A stretch of DNA of 64,000 nt from Planctomycetota bacterium. Its GTDB lineage: Bacteria; Planctomycetota; SZUA-567. The notes under the pieces were generated by a model. It was not told the DNA's origin. It worked only from the letters and a program-made list of their open reading frames with translations, and did no database searches. The first letter of the stretch is position 1. The number at the start of each line of letters is the position of its first letter. Below are positions 8,822 to 17,365 of this stretch, piece by piece. Where the stretch lies: the NCBI GenBank assembly GCA_963677015.1, contig OY781533.1:3265231-3329230 (forward strand). The letters run 5' to 3'. The position numbers were made by a program, and so were the translations under genes.

Positions 8822-10147
8822 ATGAATTCCGGCGAAGAACTTAGCCCAAAACATGAGACAGAAATCTGCATTTTAGGAGGTATTCTGCTCAAACCTGACG
8901 TTATTATAGAAGTCAGGCCAATAATAAAACCCTGTTATTTCTCAGTTTATGTGTACCAAAAGACATATGAAATCATATTAAAACTTTATGATGAAGGTGG
9001 TTTCGATGAGATAATTCTGGAGCAAGAACTTAGAAAGAATGGAATTGATGTAGGTGGAAAAAATGCTATTTCAGATTGGATGACCCTAGCAGTAACAGCT
9101 TACCAAACTGTTCCTCATGCTAAAAAACTTGTGGAACAATGGAAGGAGCGAGAGTTTGAAAAAACTTGCTATGATTCTCTGGAAAAGCTATCAGGATCGG
9201 ATCATATTAATCAAATATACGAAGATCATACACAGAAGATCAGCGAACTAGCATTCCAAGGTTTCAGTAGAACAATGTCTGCAAAAGAAGTAGTTAAGCA
9301 TAATAGAAGAGCCAACAGGCTTTCTCCAGTCAATACAGGATACAAAGCACTAAACGACTACTTTGGAGATGGTTTAGATCGTGGCACAGTCACAATTATT
9401 GGAGGTTCTACCTCTATAGGAAAGTCCCAAATGGCTTTAAACATTATTCGTAAGACATGTAACAACCAAGCATCTACTCGCTGCTTATACATTGTTCAAG
9501 AAATGAACCCTGAATCTGTCGAAGATAGACTTGTATCAACAATATCAGGAATTCCACAAGGTGTCTGTAAACTTCTTAGACTAAAATCTGATGAATCAAA
9601 TGACAGATATAAATCAATTACTGAAAAGTATTCTGATGATTATAATACTGCTGTCAAAGATTTTTCTAATATGCAACTGTATATACATGCCGAAGGGACA
9701 ATTACAGCGCAAGAGTTCAGAAATATCGTAGCAAAATACAACAAAAAAGTCGACCTTATAGTGCTAGATTATCTCCAGCAATGCCGAGAAAGTCGCTCTG
9801 GTCAAGAACCAAGAGAAAGAATTGATGAAATCTCGCGAACATGCAAACACATTGCTACCTTGCATAATGTTGCAGTAATTGCGCTTGCTCAGCTTTCCCG
9901 TGATGGGGCTAAAGCAGGCAATCAGAATGACAATGGGAGACCTAAACTCTGGCATCTAAAGGAGTCTAGTTCAATTGAGCAAGATGCCGATCATGTAATA
10001 CTACTGTATCGCAAAAACGCTAAACAAGCAGAATCAGAGACAATAGAACTTGATATCTGCAAAAACAGGCACGGTCAAACAGGCAGACTAAACTTTATTT
10101 TTAACCTAAATACTGGGATCATAGAAGATCCTATGGAGGACAATTAA
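8822..10147 (+). CDS. DnaB-family replicative DNA helicase (island/phage type)
   Basis: DnaB N-terminal-type ETEICILGGILLKPDVI, Walker A GGSTSIGKSQMALN, Walker B LIVLDYLQ, and the ALAQLSR and IEQDADHVILLYR motifs. Start moved to ATG 8822 (AAGGAG 6 nt upstream). The track start at 8738 adds a hydrophobic 28-aa leader lying inside the duplicated segment. Confidence 0.82.
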   Translation: MNSGEELSPKHETEICILGGILLKPDVIIEVRPIIKPCYFSVYVYQKTYEIILKLYDEGGFDEIILEQELRKNGIDVGGKNAISDWMTLAVTAYQTVPHAKKLVEQWKEREFEKTCYDSLEKLSGSDHINQIYEDHTQKISELAFQGFSRTMSAKEVVKHNRRANRLSPVNTGYKALNDYFGDGLDRGTVTIIGGSTSIGKSQMALNIIRKTCNNQASTRCLYIVQEMNPESVEDRLVSTISGIPQGVCKLLRLKSDESNDRYKSITEKYSDDYNTAVKDFSNMQLYIHAEGTITAQEFRNIVAKYNKKVDLIVLDYLQQCRESRSGQEPRERIDEISRTCKHIATLHNVAVIALAQLSRDGAKAGNQNDNGRPKLWHLKESSSIEQDADHVILLYRKNAKQAESETIELDICKNRHGQTGRLNFIFNLNTGIIEDPMEDN

Positions 10148-10148
10148 A

Positions 10149-10457
10149 ATGACAAACAACACTTTAAAACCTAATGAACAACTAGTTATTAATTCAAATC
10201 TTGAAGATTTTGCAAATATGATTTCAGAAGCGTTTGAATCAACTCTTAAAAAGCAGAACAAACTCCTACTAACACAGAAAGAAACTGCAGAATTTCTAGG
10301 CATCAGTGAATCAACACTAAAATCGCTTCGCTCAATGGGTAAAATCCCTGCCCCTATTACAATCTGTCGGCGAAATCTCTGGAGTAAAGAAGAACTAATT
10401 GCATGGGTAAATGCAGGATGCCCAAACAAGTATGACTGGGAAGATTTAACTGCATAA
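10149..10457 (+). CDS. Excisionase/AlpA-like helix-turn-helix DNA-binding protein
   Basis: 102 aa. LLTQKETAEFLGISESTLKSLRSMGKIPAPI....NLWSKEELIAWV matches the excisionase-family HTH pattern. It starts 2 nt after the helicase stop and lies upstream of the integrase. Confidence 0.6.
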   Translation: MTNNTLKPNEQLVINSNLEDFANMISEAFESTLKKQNKLLLTQKETAEFLGISESTLKSLRSMGKIPAPITICRRNLWSKEELIAWVNAGCPNKYDWEDLTA

Positions 10458-10542
10458 ATTGACATATTAAACTTGCAAAAATATACTCCTTGGGGAAAAT
10501 TAGAAATACTAATTATCTCTAATCAAATCCAAGGAGTATTTC

Positions 10543-10800
10543 TTGCTTTCTAAGGACGTAATGCCGATACATCCCGGTGAAATTCTCTTAGAAGATTTCC
10601 TTAAACCAATGGGAATAAGTATTACAAAAGCTGACGAGACAATGGGGTTACATAAAGACATTCTCACACAGGCATTTGCCAAGCTAAATACGATATATCG
10701 CCACGAGTATGAGCTATTGCGGCAAAGCAATAAATACACCTATAGTCAGAATGGCAAAATTGAGTTATCAAAAGTAAAAAAGCTGGTTCCTCCAGCATAA
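10543..10800 (+). CDS. HigA-like (antitoxin-type) HTH protein, divergent, no toxin partner visible
   Basis: 85 aa. TTG start with AAGGAG 6 nt upstream. The N-terminus PIHPGEILLEDFLKPMGIS is the characteristic HigA/VapI opening. The following HTH region diverges from what I recall for HigA. Confidence 0.35.
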   Translation: MLSKDVMPIHPGEILLEDFLKPMGISITKADETMGLHKDILTQAFAKLNTIYRHEYELLRQSNKYTYSQNGKIELSKVKKLVPPA

Positions 10801-10810
10801 AGGACATAAT

Positions 10811-12355
10811 ATGAGCTTAAATAAACTAAAAAGCGGAAAATACGAACTAAGCCTATACCTAAAAATTGGCGGTCGCATACGTACCGTAACATACGCAGAT
10901 AAACGAGCAGCAAAGAAGTTTGAAGAAAATATTTCTACACTTGATGCCTGCCTGGTCACAGGTGAACGCCCTGATAGAGAACTTACAATCTGGCTTGAAA
11001 ATCTTCCAACCAATATGAAAAAGAAACTAGTCAAACACAGACTGCTCTCACAGTCACAGCTTGAGAAGTCTCGAACTATCAAATCTCACCTCAGAGATTT
11101 TATACAGTATCAAAATGACCAAGCAACCAAAGGCAAGCTTCAGCCACGCCAAGTAAATTTACTCAACACTAGATTAGATAGAATGATCAAGGATTGTAAT
11201 TTTAAATATGCTCGTGATATATCCGGTAACAAAGTTGACTCTTGGATGACCAATATGTACCAAACCAAATTATCAGCTAAATCCTGCAATCACTACCTTC
11301 AAGCAATGAAGCAGTTCTGTAAATGGCTAACAGATAATAATCGACTACAGGAAAACACCGTCAAGACTCTCAAACCTATCAGACTAAATTCTGAAAATAC
11401 AGAGCAGCGTCGTGCATTGACAGAAAACGAAATCACACGACTCATCATAACAACCATGCGGTCAAAAAAGAAACACAATAAATTGACCGGATTGGAGAGG
11501 TCACTTGTCTACCGCCTAGCACTTGAAACAGGACTGAGACACAATGAAATCCGCACACTGAAACGCGGAGACTTCGACTTAATAAATATGTCTGTAACCG
11601 TCAGAGACGTCAATTCAAAGAATAGCAAGACCGACACCCTTCCGCTTCGCCCAGAACTCGCTACAGCCCTACAGGATTACTTTAGAGACACCCCTGCTCT
11701 ACCAAGCGCGCAAGCATTTATTAACATGCAACCCAAGACAGGTGCATCTATGCTTCGTAGAGACCTCGAACAAGCAGAAATTGAATATGAAAATGAAGAC
11801 GGAACAGCAGATTTTCATGCATTACGTCATACCTTTTGCTCACTACTAGCCCGTAGCGGTGTCCAGCCACAGACGGCACAACGTCTAATGCGACACAGTG
11901 ATATCAACCTCACAATGAAGCATTACACCCATATTCTCTTAGATGACAAGAGGATGGCGGTATCTGCGCTACCCAAGATTAATTTTAGCAGAGAAATCAA
12001 AGAAGCGACAGGAACTGAAGACGTTGCAAATTTAGGCAGATTTCAGTCCATGTCAGATATAAATGATTCTGCCTATATTCTGCCTAATTCGGCGACTAGC
12101 ACAGATATCTCAAAGGCTGAATTTAGGCAGATTGAGAAACCCGAAAAAAGCCAAATCGCTAACAAAAACACTAGTAATACCGGCAAAAACCCTATAAAAA
12201 CAAGGGTCAACGGCACATTAAATACCATTGACCCAAGTGATACAAATTGGTGGGCAAGACGGGACTTGAACCCGTACGAGAAAAAATCTCAAGGGATTTT
12301 AAATCCCTTGCGTCTGCCGATTCCGCCACTCGCCCGTTATTTCAATAACTTTTGA
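10811..12355 (+). CDS. Tyrosine recombinase / phage-type integrase
   Basis: 514 aa. Catalytic-domain motifs ETGLRHNEIRTL (Arg I), HALRHTF (His-x-x-Arg) and MRHSDINLTMKHYTHI (His ... catalytic Tyr372). The ORF stays open about 140 aa past the Tyr. Its last 36 codons are antisense to the tRNA-Leu gene. Confidence 0.85.
   Translation: MSLNKLKSGKYELSLYLKIGGRIRTVTYADKRAAKKFEENISTLDACLVTGERPDRELTIWLENLPTNMKKKLVKHRLLSQSQLEKSRTIKSHLRDFIQYQNDQATKGKLQPRQVNLLNTRLDRMIKDCNFKYARDISGNKVDSWMTNMYQTKLSAKSCNHYLQAMKQFCKWLTDNNRLQENTVKTLKPIRLNSENTEQRRALTENEITRLIITTMRSKKKHNKLTGLERSLVYRLALETGLRHNEIRTLKRGDFDLINMSVTVRDVNSKNSKTDTLPLRPELATALQDYFRDTPALPSAQAFINMQPKTGASMLRRDLEQAEIEYENEDGTADFHALRHTFCSLLARSGVQPQTAQRLMRHSDINLTMKHYTHILLDDKRMAVSALPKINFSREIKEATGTEDVANLGRFQSMSDINDSAYILPNSATSTDISKAEFRQIEKPEKSQIANKNTSNTGKNPIKTRVNGTLNTIDPSDTNWWARRDLNPYEKKSQGILNPLRLPIPPLARYFNNF
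12248..12335 (-). tRNA. tRNA-Leu (anticodon UAA), class II with long variable arm, CCA encoded
   Basis: Reverse complement: GGGCGAG-TG-GCG-GAATCGGCAGA-CGC-A-AGGGA-TTTAAAA-TCCCT-TGAGATTTTTTCTCGT-ACGGG-TTCAAGT-CCCGT-CTTGCCC-A-CCA. The acceptor has 7 bp (one G-U). The anticodon loop is TT-TAA-AA. The T-loop is canonical GTTCAAGTC. The variable stem is GAGA/TCTC. Confidence 0.88.
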
Positions 12356-12808
12356 AGGAAGAATTATATTCGTTTACTGACATATTGGCAAGTGATTATT
12401 CCTTTTTTTTCTACCTCTTTCCAACCGCATATCTTAATATTTGTCTAAATTCACTCACTCTATAACTACTTACAGAACAAGGCAATGCAATTAAGCGTGA
12501 CAATAAATTACAGTTTTGTGTATTTTATTCTTGAAATTAACCCTATAAACTACATACTTATTGTGCGTTTTTACAGGTATTAATCTATCAATTTTTGATT
12601 TTAACTGTCGAACATATTATAAATAAAAGAGTTGCGCATATTCCAACTAAGTTTGCATTTTGTAATTTATTATTATTATAAGGAAAAGATTTAATCATTT
12701 TTAGCTATACAATTAAGAATTAACCTTATGTTTTTACCATTACAATAGCAGTACTTGCTCATAATTATCAGTGATATCCCATACAACACTGATATACAGG
12801 AGAAAAAG

Positions 12809-13729
12809 ATGGCGAAGAAAAAGGCCGCGAAAAAAGCTGCCCAAAAAGCACCCAAAAGAAAAACAGCAAAGAAGGCTGCAAAAAAAACAACTAAAAAAGT
12901 TGAAAAAATCATTCTCGAAGATGAAGACAAGGAAGAAGTGACTCCCGATCTGGATGATCAAGATGAAACGGAAGTGAAAAGTTTAGTCGATGACAATGAT
13001 GACGACAGTCTTGACCTTGATGACACTGACAATAATGATGATGATGACGATGAGGAGCTGCCTGAAAAACTCGAAGGTGACGACCTGAAAAATGAAATTG
13101 AGGAGCTTGAAAGTGTCGACAGCGGCAAAAAGAACCTTTCCTCAATGAAAAAAGGAGGACGAGGCGGTACTCGCAGAGTGAAACCTAAACATATTGTCAC
13201 AGCACGCAAACCAAGCGGAGGACTTAAATTTGCTCCCGGAGTCATGCTCAGCGGCAAAAAGCCCGCACCTGCTGCCGAACCATGCAAACCCGAAGAACCG
13301 CAGGAATTCCGCCGTATGACCAAGGAAGAGCTCAAGGAGACAAAAGAAAAGCTAATTGAACTCAGAGATAGAATTCTGGAAAACATGCGTAAAGAACTTG
13401 CCGACTACAGGCATCGTTCCAGTTCTAGTTCTGCCGACCCGGTAGATCAGGCAGCTGATGCGTATGATGACAATGTAACCTTCGAAATCGCAGCGAATAC
13501 CGACGAAGAACTTGAACAGATAAAATCAGCTCTTGAAAAAATAGAAAAAGGTACTTATGGCCTATGCGAAATGTGTAACGTCGCTATCTCACCTACCAGG
13601 TTAAAAATATTGCCATTTGCTACCCGCTGCGTTAACTGCAGACAAAGCTACGAAAAAACCAAGACCAAGAAGGATTCTAGTTCTCAATGGGCTTTCCCTG
13701 ACGGCGATGATTCTGATTCGGATTCTTGA
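12809..13729 (+). CDS. DksA/TraR-family C4 zinc-finger protein with lysine/alanine-rich and poly-acidic N-terminal extension
   Basis: C-terminal DksA-type coiled-coil plus zinc finger: ELEQIKSALEKIEKGTYGLCEMCNVAISPTRLKILPFATRCVNCRQ. The N-terminus is MAKKKAAKKAAQKAPKRKTAKKAAKKTTKK followed by D/E-rich tracts. Start placed at ATG 12809 (GGAG 6 nt upstream) rather than the track start at 12755. Confidence 0.7.
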   Translation: MAKKKAAKKAAQKAPKRKTAKKAAKKTTKKVEKIILEDEDKEEVTPDLDDQDETEVKSLVDDNDDDSLDLDDTDNNDDDDDEELPEKLEGDDLKNEIEELESVDSGKKNLSSMKKGGRGGTRRVKPKHIVTARKPSGGLKFAPGVMLSGKKPAPAAEPCKPEEPQEFRRMTKEELKETKEKLIELRDRILENMRKELADYRHRSSSSSADPVDQAADAYDDNVTFEIAANTDEELEQIKSALEKIEKGTYGLCEMCNVAISPTRLKILPFATRCVNCRQSYEKTKTKKDSSSQWAFPDGDDSDSDS

Positions 13730-13764
13730 TATATATTAATAATCAAATTTTTAATAATAAAAAA

Positions 13765-13799
13765 ATACCCTGTCACTCATTCAGGGTATTTTTATTTTT
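13765..13799. terminator. Bidirectional rho-independent terminator between convergent dksA-like and dapF genes
   Basis: aaaaaATACCCTG-tcactcatt-CAGGGTATttttattttt. The A-tract on one side and the T-tract on the other allow termination on both strands. Confidence 0.75.
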
Positions 13800-13834
13800 A
13801 ATGCCTTTTATAAAGTGTTATTCACCCAAAAAGT

Positions 13835-14647
13835 CTACAGCATCACTTCCCCGCTGTAAACCTTCTTCGCCGGACCTTCTAATTCGATATCAGTATATCC
13901 TGAAACTGCCTGCGCAAACGAAACGTTCAATATCTCACCACTTCTGGTCTGTACCGCAATCGGCGAAACTATTCCATATTCTACTCCTGCCACAATAGCT
14001 CCTGCGACCGATCCGGTACCACAGGCTAAAGTTTCCGACTCAACACCACGTTCATAAGTCCTTATCTCAATTCCTGCTCCCGAACGCATAACAAAGTTAA
14101 CATTGGTTCCAGCCGGAGAAAATTCCTCATGATATCTCACCGCCGCACCCAGCCGCTTTACATCAATTGCTTCAATATTCACTACCGGCAGTACTACATG
14201 CGGCACCCCTGTATTAATAAAATAAACATCCTCCGAAGTACCGGCAAAATCCAGGTCCATAATTTTATTCAAAGAAGGCACTGAGGTTAATCCTACCCTG
14301 GCTCTACCGTCTCCGGTCACCTCTGCCCTGATTATCCCCGCACGCGTTCGAAAAGAAAATTCCTTTTCAATGATCCCCAGATCTCTGGCAAAAAGAGTAA
14401 AGCATCTGGCACCATTTCCACACATCTCAGCTTCAGAACCATCAGAATTATAAAAATCCCAGCATGCCGGCAGTTCAGGATCACTCTCAAGGAAGATCAT
14501 GCCGTCTGCACCTACTGCAATAGCACGTCTACATAAATTTGCAGCCAGCGATGATTTATCCTGCTTTGAAAACCGCTCATCACGGTTGTCAATCATTATA
14601 AAATCATTACCTGCTCCCTGCATTTTGACAAATTGCAACATAGCCAT
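13835..14647 (-). CDS. dapF: Diaminopimelate epimerase
   Basis: FVKMQGAGNDFIMID opening and the two catalytic Cys motifs EMCGNGARC and LACGTGS. Start placed at the ATG with GAGGGG 6 nt upstream. The track ORF begins 18 nt further upstream at a TTG. Confidence 0.9.
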   Translation of the reverse strand: MAMLQFVKMQGAGNDFIMIDNRDERFSKQDKSSLAANLCRRAIAVGADGMIFLESDPELPACWDFYNSDGSEAEMCGNGARCFTLFARDLGIIEKEFSFRTRAGIIRAEVTGDGRARVGLTSVPSLNKIMDLDFAGTSEDVYFINTGVPHVVLPVVNIEAIDVKRLGAAVRYHEEFSPAGTNVNFVMRSGAGIEIRTYERGVESETLACGTGSVAGAIVAGVEYGIVSPIAVQTRSGEILNVSFAQAVSGYTDIELEGPAKKVYSGEVML

Positions 14648-14691
14648 AGTCATCCCCTCAAGCAAAGTAAATAAAAAGTTCCTAATAACAC

Positions 14692-16956
14692 TTACTCGCT
14701 GAATGTAATTTCACCATACAACCCACTGCGCGAATTATCACCGTAGGTATCAGCCCACTGAACCACTTCAAACCCAGCTGCATCAGAATTATCGGTTTTT
14801 TCGCTCTCAGGCTCCGCACTCTCGCCGAGCTCCTGCTCAGCCAGTGCTCCTATATTCATTCTGGTTACCCGCGCATCACCACTCTTAACCGCATCAATAT
14901 TCTCCTCCGCAAAAGGATTCTCATGTACAGCACTCGCCTGATAATCATTCCTGCAGATATTAAAGCCCCATTTAGCACCATTATTCGGAACAGAATAAAC
15001 ACCAAGTGCCTGATACGGGATAAACATTTCAACAGTATAATAGGATTCATACGTTTTAACCACTGCATTCCAGCGCGGATTCCACGCCAGACCAGACATA
15101 TTAGAACGATCAAGAGTTATCCCCTGCGTATTTACCGCAAACTGATAATAATCCCTGCCATTATTCGCCGGATCAATAAAGACCTCTATACTTTCATCAT
15201 GATGCACCGGATCGTCATGCTGTTTTGCCTGAGTCACAATCTGCTCCGGACGATCGGCAGCAGCTCTGGCAAGAATATATATACCCTGATTGTCATAGGT
15301 TATACGCGCCTCAAAGGGCTGCTTAGGATCCTTGCCGGTAGCCAGAACTTTGAAGCCGTCAAGCGATGGTATATCCTTCCATGACTTCTCCTTCATAATA
15401 CCGTCAACGACAATCGGCTCCTGCACATTCCAGCGTTTCATATCCGCATATTTGCGTTTAGAGAGTATAAGCGGCTGACTAGCCGAGCCGACACCTTTAA
15501 TATTAACCTTCAGTACCGGCAGCGATGCTTTCGCAGACTTGGTCAAAGGCTTAACCTTGAACGAAGCCTTGCCTTTAAAGCCGCTTTCAAGGCCGAACTT
15601 TACCGCTCCCGGCTCAACGATATATGCAGAATCATAAGGAATATCCCAGACCAGTTCTCCTTGAATATTCTCAGCGGATGCATTTGCAAGCACAAATGAT
15701 ATATCCTGCGCAGCTTCCGGATTCTTGACCGCTTTCGCCGCCTGGGTTGCAATAGTGACAACCTCTCTCTGCAGAGTAAGAGCTGAAAGCGCATCGGTCA
15801 GAATATCCATCTTCTCTATAGCCGCCTCACCGCTAAAGCTCTTCCCTTCCTTATCAATGGTCACCACATCAAGAACCTCTGCAGTATCCAGTGCAACAAC
15901 CTTCCATTCTAGTGAGCCGGCATCAGCAGTAAGCACTGCCACATGCGGCCTATTGGAGGCAGCTGCACGATATTCACGCCCAGCCGGCAAAGTCGCCCGG
16001 GTACTGATACCACCGGTGACAATATAGCGTACCGGTTTACTGCCTGCGGACTGAATTGGCAGTGTACGCTGATAATATGAGCCATTACTTACCACCAGAT
16101 CCACCCCGCCGGTTTCAAGGATTGTACCCAGAGTCTCGACAGCCCGGGCATAAATTCGGTTCGCCGCAAACAGCGGTTCAGAAAGGATAAGCACACACCA
16201 GCGACCTGCATTTTCACCGAGATCCGCTTTCAGCCAATCAAGGGCCTCCTGTCTTTCGGCCGGTTTTTTCAGGCTGTCAATAGCCAGAAATACCATATGA
16301 ACACTTCCGACATTTCTACTCCAGTAACTTTGCGGCGCTCCTTTTCCCGCACCGGCTGGAAGCAGCTGCTGATCCTCAGGAAGGAACATAAGCGGACTTG
16401 AAGGGGTCAGACGCTGCAGCGGACTAAAGAAGTTATCATCCCAGGTTGCAGTTTTCTCATCAAGAGGAAATGACCCCCCGGTCAGAACCGTTGCCACCGG
16501 ATCAAAAGTGAATAATTTATCGGCGGCAAGTTTGAGCAGATCCTTCCTGCCTTTACCGCCACCAAGAAAGCCTATCGTCGTAATTCCTGATGCCTGGGGA
16601 TGCTTGAGTGTAATTACCGAGCTATTGAAATCATCAAGAAGCACAGTAAATTTCTGCAGCGGATTTGACGGATCAACAAGGCTGGTAAGATCAATCTTAT
16701 GATCTTTACTGCTACGCCCATAGCGACGGACCATTCTATCCTTGGTATTCTGCACCCTGATACCGGCTACAGCAGCGACATTGGTTCGCATGTACGCCAC
16801 TTCACCCTGCCCCGGGGCTGACTCTATAATATATGGCCCGGCAATAAGTCTCGGATCCCTGACAACATCCTCCTCCAGAAGCTCCGGCATTTCCTCACAG
16901 GCACTTAGAAAGAGTAGTACAAACAAGATTGCTGCAGTGAAATATCTCTGTTTCAT
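14692..16956 (-). CDS. Secreted lipoprotein: degenerate metallophosphoesterase-like region plus C-terminal CBM9-like carbohydrate-binding domain
   Basis: Signal/lipobox MKQRYFTAAILFVLLFLSAC. The C-terminal ~200 aa (DGIMKEKSWKDIP...DESIEVFIDPANNGRDYYQFAVNTQG...WGFNICRND) fit the family-9 CBM-like fold pattern. The N-terminal half resembles a calcineurin-like phosphoesterase with ligand positions substituted. Confidence 0.55.
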   Translation of the reverse strand: MKQRYFTAAILFVLLFLSACEEMPELLEEDVVRDPRLIAGPYIIESAPGQGEVAYMRTNVAAVAGIRVQNTKDRMVRRYGRSSKDHKIDLTSLVDPSNPLQKFTVLLDDFNSSVITLKHPQASGITTIGFLGGGKGRKDLLKLAADKLFTFDPVATVLTGGSFPLDEKTATWDDNFFSPLQRLTPSSPLMFLPEDQQLLPAGAGKGAPQSYWSRNVGSVHMVFLAIDSLKKPAERQEALDWLKADLGENAGRWCVLILSEPLFAANRIYARAVETLGTILETGGVDLVVSNGSYYQRTLPIQSAGSKPVRYIVTGGISTRATLPAGREYRAAASNRPHVAVLTADAGSLEWKVVALDTAEVLDVVTIDKEGKSFSGEAAIEKMDILTDALSALTLQREVVTIATQAAKAVKNPEAAQDISFVLANASAENIQGELVWDIPYDSAYIVEPGAVKFGLESGFKGKASFKVKPLTKSAKASLPVLKVNIKGVGSASQPLILSKRKYADMKRWNVQEPIVVDGIMKEKSWKDIPSLDGFKVLATGKDPKQPFEARITYDNQGIYILARAAADRPEQIVTQAKQHDDPVHHDESIEVFIDPANNGRDYYQFAVNTQGITLDRSNMSGLAWNPRWNAVVKTYESYYTVEMFIPYQALGVYSVPNNGAKWGFNICRNDYQASAVHENPFAEENIDAVKSGDARVTRMNIGALAEQELGESAEPESEKTDNSDAAGFEVVQWADTYGDNSRSGLYGEITFSE

Positions 16957-17365
16957 TTTTTCTCCAAATAAACGGATAGCGGTTATATTCCGAGTATTTT
17001 ATCGATTATACATATTTTATAGGTTATCACTAGTATTATCGGAAATTATCAGGAATTTTCGTAATAATAATCGGGACAAAAGGTTAATTTAATCTCTACT
17101 GAATTTCAAGACGTTAACGCAGCAAAAAAGGAGCAAAAAAACAATTTTAGTGTTGACCTCAAACATAATAAATAGATAATTACCTAGTTGCCTGTTCACA
17201 TGTCGTTGGGAAATTAGTTGGGATTATATCTAATTTATTATTGACTTGTTCAATAATTTAATGATGATGTAGACATAGCTCAGGCATTGGGATGAGGAGT
17301 GAAGACATTATGCGCCGATATTATCGGGCGCTAACATGTTTTTTTATTAGAGTTGGGGGATATAC

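Larger units (their letters stand above)
1..12335. mobile_element. Integrative genomic island (partial; left end outside window) inserted at the 3' end of tRNA-Leu(UAA)
   Basis: A tyrosine integrase abuts the 3' end of a tRNA-Leu gene. Upstream lie an excisionase-like HTH protein, a DnaB-type helicase, an HTH initiator-like protein and type I R-M cargo. The block is visibly much more AT-rich than sequence right of ~12.7 kb (by eye, not computed). No second att copy was seen in the window, so the left boundary is unknown. Confidence 0.7.

Noticed and set aside
1-12335. Prophage interpretation of the island
   Set aside because: No capsid, portal, terminase, tail or lysis genes are present in the visible 12 kb. 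Only integration/replication genes and defence-type cargo are seen.
12691-13386. Minus-strand ORFs (79, 73, 78 and 142 aa) rich in Phe/Ala/Ser opposite the dksA-like gene
   Set aside because: They are mirror images of the KKAAKK and D/E-rich codon repeats on the coding strand, so they are classic antisense artefacts.
17153-17270. TTGACC/TTGACT hexamers upstream of the 211-aa ORF as promoters
   Set aside because: The associated -10 candidates are poor (ATAATT or ATGATG at 17-nt spacing). The evidence is too weak to list as a feature.
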